NCBI GenBank assembly: GCA_964187785.1
Contig: OZ076416.1
Span: forward strand, 28,520,001-28,584,000
Reading direction: 5' to 3'
DNA: 64,000 bases
DNA from: Amphiscolops sp. MND2022
Taxonomy: Eukaryota
Made by a program: the position numbers and the translations under genes. This document shows positions 48,995 to 62,000 of this stretch, piece after piece. Under the pieces are notes generated by a model. The model saw only the letters and a program-made list of their open reading frames with translations. It was not told where the DNA came from and did not search any database. Within the stretch, counting starts at the first letter, position 1. Each line of letters opens with the position of its first letter.

Positions 48995-51821
48995 CTAGGA
49001 AAAGGTATTGTTGCGTTGAATATATATTCTATGCGTTTCCTTTTTCACCTCAATAAAGTTTTTCAAAAAGCTCTCGCTCAGTTTGTTGTCTCTGCTCTCG
49101 ATGTAGTTCACAAGTTGGTGGTAATCTTTGACCGTCTGTTCGTAATCTGGGGTACAAGGGGGAGGTCTGACTGTGGAAGATCCAATCCTGTCTATGTACT
49201 TCGATGGGACCCATGACTTGGATTTTTGAAGAACACCCACACTATCTCGTTGGGCACTGCTCTCGAGTTTTCCTGATCAGGGATAGTTTTTGTAAGTGTG
49301 ATAAGTACCTAAATTTACACCACTTTTTAAAATATACTAGTTGAAGTTGTATTTTTTTCAGTCAGTGCTTTTTGTACGAAAAACCGTTCGGTTATCACAT
49401 TGACTAGTTTTTTCTTCTGTCTGCCGAACCCTTGAAAGTTTCTTTTTTACAGACTTTTACTAATTTCTTCTAAATTCAGCTCATCTAAAAGCATCCAAAG
49501 CGTTGCCAGAGTATTTCAGTCTCTTTAGGAAGCTAGATAAAAGTGTCCCTTCTTAAACTTTTCTTGCCAAAATTTTTTTATGTGGGGAAAAGATCGCATT
49601 GTATCTGGGGTTTTCCTGTGACTTGGAATTGAAATAACCGATTATCCGTAGTGCACCCCTTTTGATTTTTTTCGGCACTGTGAGACTTTCGATTTTCTTA
49701 CGCGAACATGTCAATGAAAGGTCTTCGTGAGCATTGAACAGATCATTCTCAAAAAATGACAAGTATTTTTGATTATTTCCAAATCAATTTAATCAAACGT
49801 TAAGTGATAGAATAATTTTGTTTAAAAATGCGAGTACCAAAGTTTGCTTGCTCAGCCATTTTAAAAAAACATCCCTGATCTTGGCGATGAATGTTGTGTG
49901 GTTAATCGTCTGTTTTTGATGGCCGAATTGGGTTTGAAGTGCTCCAAAGACTGGCACACGATAAACATGGTTCGTCTGGGGCTTGATTGTAAGCTTGAGT
50001 TTTTCAAAACCGGCCACGATTCCCGTCTCGGACTGCCGTTGGAAATATTTGGCGCTAGTTGTGTGTTCTTTGCGGAGGTAGTGAACTGTTTGTGATTCAT
50101 TTTCGACAGGCGAGTGGAAGCAGGCTCCGGAGCATGGGTTATATTGGTACCCTGAAATCAAATAAGAAATCAGAGCGTTGTTGACTACATCCAATGACGA
50201 AAGGTTCGATTCTCTGAAAAATGTTTCAATCCTATTTTTTGCTGCAGAAGATATGTACAAGAATCGTAACGGATCAAAACTTTGCGGCTGCCCGTGACCA
50301 AGTTTGTTCGAATCCCATCAAAATCCTCGGTCTTTCTACATTACTGTGCATCTGCAAGCTGAATCGCTACAGACACATTTCTGTGCGCGTAGGCCCTTCG
50401 ATTCCGCAGACATGTCTCAAAGCGTGTGAATTTCGCAAATCAGCTCTTTGGCGTTTTTCGGAATCCGAGGGCATGGCCTAATACATTAGCCCGTTTCAGT
50501 TTCTGGAAACTGGGACCAAGAATATGCCGACAAGTTCGTGTCTTGGATTCCACAAAATGCCTTATTAGTACTGCCTTATTGTTCCACTGACTTCATTAGC
50601 GAGTTTTGTTTCTTGATTCCACGACAAACCCGGATTTAGTGAAAAGTTTGGAAGAAAAACATTTGTTTCTCAAATTCATCAAAAACCTGAAGGTGTCGAA
50701 ACGTTATTGAAACTATGACATGCTTTATCACTTATGACGTAGTTTTCGCCTGAATTACCCCAAATGGGTTTATTGATCAAATAATTGGTACCAAAGATGC
50801 TCCAACGATGTTGAAAATGTTGCGTGCCATTCATTCTTCGTCCTTGAAATGTGAGTGCTCTTTTTTGTTTGTTTCTCGCGGAACAAACAACTCGAAATAC
50901 TTGGTGATTGTGGTTCTGCTGTGTTTGGCATGTAAGTAAACATGATGTCTTTGGCTAATATCTTTTAGCCATCTTGATGATCGCTTTTCGAATTGTGTTC
51001 ATGGATTTCGATGCTATTTAATGTATTTGGTATTTGCGTTATTGACGTTTCCGCCCTTTTTTCGTTGTCATGTTCTAAGCGTGTTTTTGAACAAGTTATT
51101 AATTTGATTGTTTAATTCTTGGTTACTTGCTCTCAACCCGACCCAACACCACCCAAGCAACTTCGATTCGGTTAGGATCCATAGTTTCATTTTCATTACT
51201 TTGTTTCTGTATATATTCAATTCGATAAACATGTGCCTTTAATGGCTAAGGGTAAGACGCTAGACTTGGAACTAAGAATCCCGATGAAGGTGTTAATGGT
51301 TGTTCTTCGGAAACTGCACAATGTGCACTAGATAGCCAATCCAGAAAATACCAGATATCGGCCATTGTTTTAAAAATTTTCCAAAAATAGAGTCCCTCCC
51401 ATCTTTGACTAATTTGCTGTTTTGTAACTATATCGAAACAAGAAGAACCTAAAAAGGGGCGTTCGTTGCGTTTTCTGCAATTTTCTGTATACTTTTTTCA
51501 TTGAATCGTGACAGTTCTTCTAGCTAATTGAAAACAAAGACATTCGCATCTGAAGTTCTTATCATGCTATCAGCTATGATCGAACTACTGATCTAAGTAG
51601 CTGGTCTAAATCAGTTTGAGAAAATTGCTCACCATCGGTACAGTTTGGTATTTTTTGGGCAACATTCTGCCTTGCTCGTTGAGTTTGTTCGTTTTCGGCA
51701 CTATCCTGACTCCCTTCTTCTGAATGTCTCTGTCTGCCGCCCATTTGGGAATGCCTTTGATTATAGACCCCCTCTCTCGCTTCCCATCCACAACCACTTT
51801 CGTGAACGTCAAGTAGTCCAT
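48995..51821 (-). pseudogene. Cluster of same-strand broken ORF fragments of unidentified origin (TE or viral relic)
   Basis: Track ORFs 48995-49240, 49793-50260 and 51606-51821, plus stop-interrupted frames between them; no family motif recognised. Confidence 0.3.
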
Positions 51822-53073
51822 GTATTACAAGGCATGCGGCATGGCTTCTAATTGAAGCTGCGGCTAATTCTGTATAGACTCATGTAATATAATATCCAGG
51901 ATGGCTTTTATTCAATAAAATTTAATACAGCTGAGTTTGATAGCTTTAAATTGGCGATTGCTGTAGATGATGATTGAAATAGTTAGCGTTTGGTCGAACT
52001 AGAGTAGAGGTTATGAATTACACGCTCAATAAAAGTGGTTTTGAATAAACAAATAGGAAAAATTTGTTAATTGTTTTTGTCAATTGACGGTTTTTCCTGA
52101 AAGGGGAGAACACAACAGTCAGATTGATGCCAGAAAGTTTCTTGTAATGCTTATTCAAGGGCGCCCTCTTAGTTTCAAGATGGAACAGATTTTGTGAATA
52201 TTGTTTCCGGAAATGCGTCACAAAAATTACATTTTCAGTTCGTACTAGTGTAGGTACAGGCTAGCCGTATCATCGTCGAGGTTTTTTCATAATATTACCA
52301 CTGAGTCGTCATTTTTTGAACTATATCCATAGGTATTTGTAACAAATTTTAGTTAATATTCTCTTGAAGCAATGTTGCTGAAGGCAAAGAAGGCTTTCGT
52401 TGGTTTGTTTTGTGGTGTTGTTTTATAATCTCCCACCAGTTTCGAAGGTAGAAAGTGTTGTTGGTTGTGTGGACACCTGCAGCGAATTACGGAATCAACT
52501 ATTCTATCCCTTGTCTCCGCTTCAGATGCTTTGTTTCAAATCCCAACCATTGCTGACCGCCATTTTATTACAGTTCTTGTCACTTTTATTGTTTTTTTTT
52601 CTGTTTCAAACGCTTGTATTTGGGGGCATTTCACCTGATCAGTTGGTATGGAACAGTTTTCAAGGCCGCTCTGTAGTTAGCTCGATTTAACTAGTAAAAT
52701 GAAATAAATACAGGTGATTATTCAAGCGAATAAATTTTTGCGACCTTTTCACTAAATTTTAAATTTCACTAAAAAGTCCTCTTTTGCTTTGCTTTGCTTT
52801 TAGTCAAAGAAAGCTTTTTAAAGTCCAAAAGCATCCCCCTTTGTTTTTTGGCACTGTGGGATTTAAAAAAAATCGGAAACAGTACCTTAAAGCTTTGAAG
52901 GACTTGCGCTTTTTAAACTTTAAGCGCCGACTGTTGCTGTTGCCGGCTTTTTCACATCTACTGTTTTTGTAGACACGTGATGCTTCTGGAAAACCTCATT
53001 TTATTGGTAGCGTGTTTGAGTTGTAGTAGAGGATCTGACTGGTGATTCGGTTTGCTTTTGTTTTCAGAACAAA

Positions 53074-56000
53074 ATGGGCAAGAAGACAGCAATAGGACTG
53101 GTGATAGGGGCCACTGTTCTCTTGGCAATTGGACTGATCGCACTCTTCGTTTACCCTATCGTCTACGACAAAGTTAGGGAACAAAATTAGCGAACTAGCG
53201 GCCGCGCATATTTTAAGCGATTTTATTAGCGATTCAAATTAGCAACAACTAATAGATTGTCCAAACTCGAAATTGTCCAAACTCAAAATGAATTTCCAGA
53301 AATCCGTATTCTTACCCTGGTAAAAGCTATACAGTATGAAAAATTCTAGCCTTTTTCTTGTGAAAACTTATTTAAATTATCATTTAGTTGTAAAACATAC
53401 TTGACGATAAGCGTTGATTAGTTTGAAGAAAAAGTTTTTCAGCGAAATAGCGATTTTTAAATTAGTGGGTTTAACAATTAGCGAAAAAAATTAGCGATGT
53501 CAAAACCCTGGTATACAGCGTCTGCAGTAAGTAAGCATTTAGTAGCTGTTGCATGTTCAACTTGCATTCTTCTAATCCTATATGTCGAGTGTATACGTAA
53601 CGCAGTTCACTTCATGAAAACTGGAAGGTCAACCCTAGTCCTTGAGGATATCCTCAGCATCAAAGCTAACCCAATTTGGGATACATTGTGTTGGTTTGAA
53701 ATAAAAGGTTCTCATTTGTATTGCTTTTGGGATGTGCATCCACTTTTGATGTCTTTTGAATTGCTTGTCGCTGGAATTGCATCGTTTCTTTTCCACAGGA
53801 AACAACCCTGACGAAAGGATCTCAGGTGTACGATGACTGGGTGGAACCAGACTTCCCTGTGTACATGCAGTACCACATGTTCACCTACACCAACATCGAG
53901 GAGATCTTGGCGGGAGGGAAACCCAAAGTGGAGGAACTCGGGATGCTGTCGTACAAGTTAGTCCACAACAACCTCCCATCGAATGCTACGTGCACGGAAT
54001 TTTTTATCGGCTCTGTGGCACCACTGAAAATTGCCATGTAATCTCGAAAGAGACATCAATTTGAGAACAAGTGGAATGTTGGAGACATAGAATATATCTC
54101 ATGGTGTTTTGTGCAATTTTTCAAATGTTTTTAAAATAAAGTGCAGCATCTACGTTTTAATTTGATATTAGGATTCTCAGTTCATTAACCAGACGCCCAC
54201 TGAACGCCGTCACCGGGGTATTTTCCGTCCTGAACTATATTAGCGATGACATATTCTTAGGGGCCGAGTGTAGCCAATAAACTTACGAAATTTCAGTAAA
54301 ACTCTAAAAAAAATTCGACACTTTTTGGTTCATTTTATTCCTTCTTCAAAGAAGAGGCTGCATGTTTTTCTATACAAAAGTATGCTAAGTAACTAATTGT
54401 TTTTTCTGCTCATGTTTCCATATGGGTAAGAAACATAACTAACAGACGCGTTGTTTTCAAAATTTGCCATGTTACAAATTCATACCCAAATGAAAGATTA
54501 TTCCACTGAATTCAACCACCATAAGCTTAGTTTCGTAGGATATTTAGTTTTATAGATTCTATAGTTGACGTTTTTATGCACTTTTTATTAGTAGGCTAGA
54601 ATTTCTGAAAAATTCCGAGACGAAAAGAAAAATTCCGAGATGAAAAGTAAAATTCCGAGACGAAAGCTATTCCGGACGCTTTAATTATAATAATAATTTT
54701 ATTTAATTCGTTTAGTCATACATATTACGAACACAAATAGTATAGAAACAGAAAATAGGCCTTTGATGGAATGAGTTTCGAACTCAATATTGATGGATTT
54801 TGATTTTTTTTTGATGGAAAACCGGACAAAAATTGCGGAAAATGATCAAAAATTTTAGCGTCTTTATGTATTTTAGAGCACTTTTCCACCGTGCACTTTT
54901 CCAAATGAAAAAGTTCGAAAAATATTTTTAAAGACATCTGCTACGTTTCTAGTTTTATTTTACTTGAATTATATAGAACAGCTTCAATCTTTTTGATCAG
55001 AAAATGGGAAAATTTGAAGAAAAACGCTGCTGAGTTATTAATTTTTTCTCATAGAATTATGTGAAAGAAAAATGATAAAATCGACTTAATTAGGATGCTC
55101 GTAGCGGCGTTTCGAAAGGATCCCGAGTTTCTATGATTTATTGACGCAACTTTGTAATGGCTGATATCTTGGATACTTTTTTGCGAATTAATCGTTCGTC
55201 TTTCGAAGAACGCAAGTTATCGCAAAGCCATTGAGCCTTATTCATTTTGAGAATGTTTCAGAGAACTACAACTGAAGTATGACATCCAGTACATTGATCA
55301 CAAAAAAGAGGTGATCTACTACAACAACAAAACATACGTGTTCGACTCAGAAACTTCAACTATTCCCGAGGATCAGGTCGTCACGGTGCCAAACATTCTT
55401 CTCTTCGTAAGTTTCTTCACGTGAATTCGATTTACTGCTTCGACTAGTGCCTACTTACGTAGATCAATAGATATCGTAGCCATATAAAGGTTGACTGTCG
55501 AGTATTGCTGCTGAAGTTGATTCTTTATAGAAAGAATCACTCCGCTGTCCCGACACACTGTCTGTAAACTGAATCCATGTAATGCTTGCTAGTAGGGAAA
55601 AAGTCTTAAGAGGAATGCAGCGTTTATTTCATGAATAGTTCAGACATTTCGTTATTTTTGCGATAGCAGGAATAATATTGAAATCTCAAGAATTCACTTT
55701 TCAGTACAATTCTTGTCGTGATATCGAGTACCTACTGAAAAATTCAGATATATGCAGTGAGTATAAGCGGGAGATTTAAATTTCTCAAGCTGCCGACAAC
55801 AATTCGTTTCTCATGCGATGAAACGAGCGAGTGTGAGTTTCGTACGCCGAGTCATTGAGATGAAGCTAATGAGTGTTAATTATTTGTTCGCCGAGAACTT
55901 CGCCTGCATCAGGGACCGTGGTGTTGTGCGCGCCTCGGATAATGAGCCCATAATTGGCGTTCTTTAAGAATGCGCATAATCGAGCGCATAATCCTGCTCT

Positions 56001-59000
56001 ATTAGAAATGAATTAGAAAAAAAACTTTTTGCTGGCTTGAATAACAGATAAAATATTCTTGAAGAAAAGCAGCGTTTGGGTCGCACCGAAACGAAGGATT
56101 TTCATTTTCAGCTAGTAAAATTGTCCTTTAAAACAGTCCTTCTTTTCGGTGTGGCCCAAATTCCCCAATTTTTTGGGTCAGCGAAAGATTGGATGTTTCT
56201 GTACATAAATGCCAGTTTTTATTGCAAACAGTATTGCAAACGAACGAGCGCATATTTTCCATGAAATAAACCAGAGCCTCTAAAATTGCATAATTTGCCG
56301 CGTAATCTGCCATAATTTAGCGCATAAATGAGACTATAATTTAGCAAAATATTGCGCACAAAACTACAGTCCCTGATCAAATGCGAATGCGAAACTTCGT
56401 CTACGTTTAGTAGTTATATTTTCTTTAGTCCGAGAAGGTTAAAGGCGGTGTAAACTGGTAGAGTGATTAAATGTGCGCTATATAAATGCTTAAGATATGC
56501 TTCTATTATTGAACATGAAAGCCTAAAAGCAGAAATAATACTGTGCCCCGCGGGGGCCTTATTTCTTTAATTATAGTCAAGCTGGTGATGTATAGAAAGA
56601 AGGCTGTTATTTTGGTTTCAGACAATCTATTACACGATGCCTCAAATAACGTTCATTCTGAATCAGTTCTACAACCAAAACGATGACCCGGACTTGAGGA
56701 ACGCTGCCTCGCCCTTCTATGAAGTAGAAGCCGGAGACTTGCTCTGGGGTTATAACGAAAACGCGCTTCTGGTAGCTCTCAGTCAAGTCGAACATGGTCT
56801 TCCCACTACCTTCGGCTTGCAAGTATGAATTCATCCTTATCATCGTTATGCAATTATTACAGTTTGAACACTGGCTTTGAGGCTTTTGTCTTCTTTGCTT
56901 CGGATAATATTTTTTGAGTCATAAGTTGAAGTTCATTCCACTGTACATGGGTTACAACAGGATGTTTGATACTAGTTCACTTGGTACTAGTTAATTTGCT
57001 ACTATTTCTAACTTGTTAGTTATAAAAATATTTGTCAACTCGTTTGTTCGTTGAATCTAGAAAATAGAAAAAAATCACCGTTAAATCCTTTTTAGCACGA
57101 ACAACATTTGATTTACCGTTAATTTGACAATTATTAGGCAAGTCCAACAATTTGAACGAAATTCTAGCATAATTAATTGTTGTCATCCTTCACCAATAAT
57201 AGTCTCTTCCACTGCTTACTTCGAAGTACCATCCAATTAGATGCAATTATCTTGATAGCATTTCGTCTGTTGTAACAATTTCCGGAAACTGTGTACATGA
57301 TATACTATATAGGAACATGCTGGGAATGGTCCAACTTGCGGCGCAAAATGTGCAACGAATTGAAAAAAAAGCTCTATCAAAAGGACCGAGTTAGTTTTTT
57401 CCTAAATGGAAACAAGAAAATCAAAAGACCTTTTGATTGAAAATTTTTTGAAAAATCAATTTTTCCAAGGGCCCCTTTGATGTTTTGCCAATGAGACTTC
57501 TTCAACCAAACTTCTTTACAGTTCAATCAAACAAATGACGGTCTCTATCAAGTTTTCACTGGCAAAGGCGACGACAACAAAAACAGGGCCATCGTTAATC
57601 TGTGGAACAACGACACCTCTCTGTCTTATTGGCCTACAGAGGCATGTAACATGATCAATGGAACGGACGGTACCATTTTCCCCGTGGAGGTTGACAAAGA
57701 CGAGAGATTGTACATATACAACACTCAGATCTGTCGTAGCATCTTTTTGGAATCAGAAATGGATGAAGACGTGAAGGGAGTTGGCACAACCAAGTTTGTT
57801 GCCACCAAACAGATATTTGAGGTCAACTTCGAAGACAACATCTGTTACTGCAACCAACAGGATCTTAAATTATGTCAGGATGGGCTATTGGATGTGTCTG
57901 TGTGCTACAGTAAGTCCCTCTCTCATATTTGCTGTAAGAGCGAGCAGGGTTGTTACGGTTTAACTTGTTTGAAACAAGAGACGCAGTGACACTGCGATGT
58001 TCTTCGTATACTGTTACACGACGCTATGAGGCAAAAATCGAACACTTTCAAACATCAATTGTTCGAAAAAGAAGAAATAACGAAAAAATCTCATAAAATG
58101 TCAATTTCATGAGTATTTTCACCGTCTTCCTGCCAAAACCTAATCGCGAAATAACGTGAATAATTCGGCATTGAAATGGCTCAATTTGAAAAAAGCGGGA
58201 ACGGTCCAAGTCGGCTTTCCAGGCTCGCAAAACGCTTTTTCTTAACTGAAAACTTTTTAAAAGTTGTTTTAAGTATGAAAATAGACCATGGCAATGTTTG
58301 AAAAAAAAACTCATACTGAAATTATTTCAAAAAGTTTGCCATATTCCATATGAAAAAGGAAAACCGATTTGTTAGCCGCGTTTCCCCCTAATTTTACAAT
58401 GTTCAATTTTTATAATTCGAAAGATCAGTATATTTCTCACAATTAGTAAACGACAAAAATTTGGTTCTTTGCAATAAACTTGTTTGAAGCCATCTGTCTC
58501 CGATAGCAAACGCAATAGACATGGTTTTTAGTTGTCCAAAACCGGGTTTGAGTTAATGTTTCCTAATTGATACTGTAATTTCCACATGTTGCTAGTGGTT
58601 GTTCTCATTGAACAGCAGTTTTATTGGTATTTTTGCAGTTAAAAACAATCTGGTATTTATTCTGACCTTCAATTAGAATTAACGTTAACTGATTGAACGC
58701 CAATTTCACCGTTTGTTTTCCAAGGAGACAGCATTTCCGAAACTCTATACATGTTTTTATTTGGTGCTTTATGAAATGGAACGCGATTATTTTAGTGGTT
58801 TTTAGTCGGCACATTTTAGTAGAAAATGTGCCCGACTCTTAGTTTTTTTAGACGAGTAAGGTCCACTTTTTTGTTCATTTGTTCAACAACATCAACTTGA
58901 ACTACGGAAGTCCAAAACATACTCGAAACGCCAGAACCTCGTCCGAAACAAAAACATCGACGTCCCGAACCTCGAAAACAGAAAACATACTAAGGATCCC

Positions 59001-62000
59001 CCCGTTGGTGTTTTTCATTCGGATTATTTTCGGCACTATGCGACTTTTTTAAAAAATTTTGGATTGCACCAAAGGGTCTCCTCTTTGTTTGTTTCCATAT
59101 TTTGCAACACAATGGATGTCAAGAATCTCATATTTTGCAACCAACTGGAGTTTCACAAAGCCCAAATAGTCCCCCTTTTACAATTTTGAGCCTCAGATAT
59201 AGCGCCGACTTTGGCCGTCCCGCCTTGTTACACTCTGTCGCGCAGGAGCGGTTTTAGGATTTTCTCAATGTGTGGGCGGATTTTCAAAACGGGGCGCACC
59301 TGAACGAGAGCACCAGTTGAATATTTGAAACTAGGAAAACTCTGCTCTTTTTACCGACTGTGACATCAATTCATTCCATACATCTCTCCAAAGGAGCAGG
59401 CAGCCGCTCCTGTGTTCTCTCTTAAAACAGCCCCTATTGCGGGGTGCTTACACGGTCTAGTTGACGTTTGGTAGTTTTTTTCCAATTTGTTTTGGGTGGT
59501 TTTACTGTGCCACTTTTTTCAGAGGGACAAATCAAAGAAATGACCGGACAAGACCTTGACATCAGTCTGATAATGTCCAGTCCCCACTTCTTGTACGCTG
59601 ACCCTTCCCTTGTCGATTCAATTGATGGATTGAATCCCAACAAGAGTCTACACGAGACGTTTCTCAACGTCGAAACAGTTCGTATTTAACAATATATCAT
59701 CTAAAATGTGTTTTCGGTCAGTGTGTTTCTAGTCCATCTTTTGGCTCACCAGTGAAAAAGTGTTGCAAATTCTCCAGGCGCAAAGCAAATGAAAGGCGTA
59801 TATTCTTGAATTTTGATTTGAAAAGTTTTGGTTTAGCGGAAGTTGTTCTCTAGGCCATCAAACTGCCATGGAAACATCTTGAGGTGCTACAATAGAGTAC
59901 CAAAAGGCCAGCGACAGCTGATTTTGGCAGTCAAAAAAGTTCTTCAAAATTTGAGTTTGACAAAGAAAAGTCTCACGAGGCAAATCATCTTCAAAAATTT
60001 GGGTTTAAAGAGTTATTTTTCGTTTGAAAGTCGAAAGAAAGTTACACAAGTACAATAATTTTTTCGGGAATTTCAAAAATGGCATTTCGGGAATCGAACC
60101 TACAGCCTTGAAGCAGACTCTCTAATCACTTGGCTGATGGACCTGTAATATAAATCTTTGGTGCAATTTGATTAAATCTTGAAATCCTCCGATCATCAGC
60201 TCCCATGTGTTAAAAAAAAACGAGAAGTATCGTCTGCTTCCTTCGAAAGCCCTGACTGAAAACTCGAGCTTTGTTTCTGCTCTGTGATTAACCTAATTTC
60301 GACAAGTCTATAACAGCTCTAAGTCGGCGCAAAAACATGGACACTGGCGAGATTTGAACCCTGTCCTCCTGCTTTGGAAGCCAATGCTCTAATTCTGGAC
60401 CAACATTATTATAAATTTCATAAATTTTATATTGGCCGCCATATCCGTTTCGTTTCATTCGTGCCTGCTCTAAAGAAAAATACTGTAATACAGTAGTCTA
60501 CCAAAAGTTCACGCAGCGCAATTTCTTCTCGATCAAACCGTTAAAAACCGCTTATGTTCACCATTGGCAATGCTCTTCATCAAGCCCAATTCTACTCACT
60601 GGAAACCGAACAACGTTGCATTGCTTCCAAATATCAAAATGGTACCCAATTTCACATTATTTTTGAATTGAGCAGAAGTTAGTATTGAATTTTTGGAACT
60701 TCATCGGCTCGGTCTGACAACTCTGTCAGAACCAACTTACATGCCCTCGTTTTGTGACATAAGCTGCTGAGAGATGATTCAAACCTAATTGGCTAAGGAT
60801 AATTCGCATCGAATAATTTTGGCATATTTCGGCATACATGGCACATACATAATTTGGCTCATTTCGGAAAAAGGGGACGTTAGCGGTATGTGTATTGCTC
60901 TGTTCCAGCAGAAAATAGAGGAAAATCTTTGATATTATGATCAATTTACTAGTAGTTAGTAACGAATATAAAACTGCAAAAACAGCATATTGAACTCAAA
61001 TTTATGCAAATATGTTACCTATGATGATGGCCTTCATCAAGAAATACTAGAGAAACAAACACCGAACTATGAATTGCTACAAAAATTTGTTTTCACGGCT
61101 AAAAAGTCGAGCAATCCAAAATATACTCAGTTGCGTAAGTTTTTGGTAGCCTGCTTTAGTTTGGCGATATTTTAGTTAACTGAAAGCGCCTACTAGAAAC
61201 GACGTCTATTCCACAAAATGAAAATCCAGTCTAGTATTTGTGTTACTTCAGGAGCAAGGAATCATCATGAAGGCTTCCAAACGTATACAAGTGAACACAA
61301 ATTTAGTCAACAAAAAACGACCCAAGTTGACTGCACTCAATCAGCTGCCCAGTGACTGGTCATACCTGATGCCTTTGTTCTGGGGTGACGAGGTTTGTTT
61401 ACCTGACTTGTTTCAAGTTTATGACCCCGCCGCTAATTGACCCTGAGCCATAAAATTTCATAATGTTATTAAATGGCAAGGTTTTCATGTTATTTAAAAT
61501 GCAATATAACTACTAGAAAATGTCCGGTAGGACCATAGTTAGAAAAAGTAGCCCTTGTTGGAATAGAAAGACTTGCTAATTGGTATTTTGCTGGGCAAAG
61601 GCTCGAAGACCCGAGTAGGCACATATTGAAATATGACATATCTGACATAAATTACATACTTTTTGATGATTTACAGTAAGTTTATTTTTTTCGAAAATAA
61701 CATTTTTTGCCAGTCCTAATTTATGGCGCCACTTATTTGCTACTTCTGCAAATGCACAGAACGATTTTTCTAGCGAAAGGTTTTTTCATGCGGTAATATT
61801 TCAGACTTTGAAGGAAGACCAACATTTGGTGGACCAAGTGAAAGAAGCCAACGCCATCACCAATGGAATTGAGATTTCTTCCTACGTGCTAATCGGTCTC
61901 TCAATTCTTCTCCTAATTCTCGCCATTCTCTGTGTTGTTTTCTTCGACAAGGTCAGCCCTCATTCTAAGACTTCTTCCTAAATATTGATTTTCGTCCGTC

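Noticed and set aside
60081-60404. Functional tRNA genes
   Set aside because: Only partial A/B boxes; the acceptor and D stems do not pair, so these were kept as pseudo-tRNA/SINE heads.
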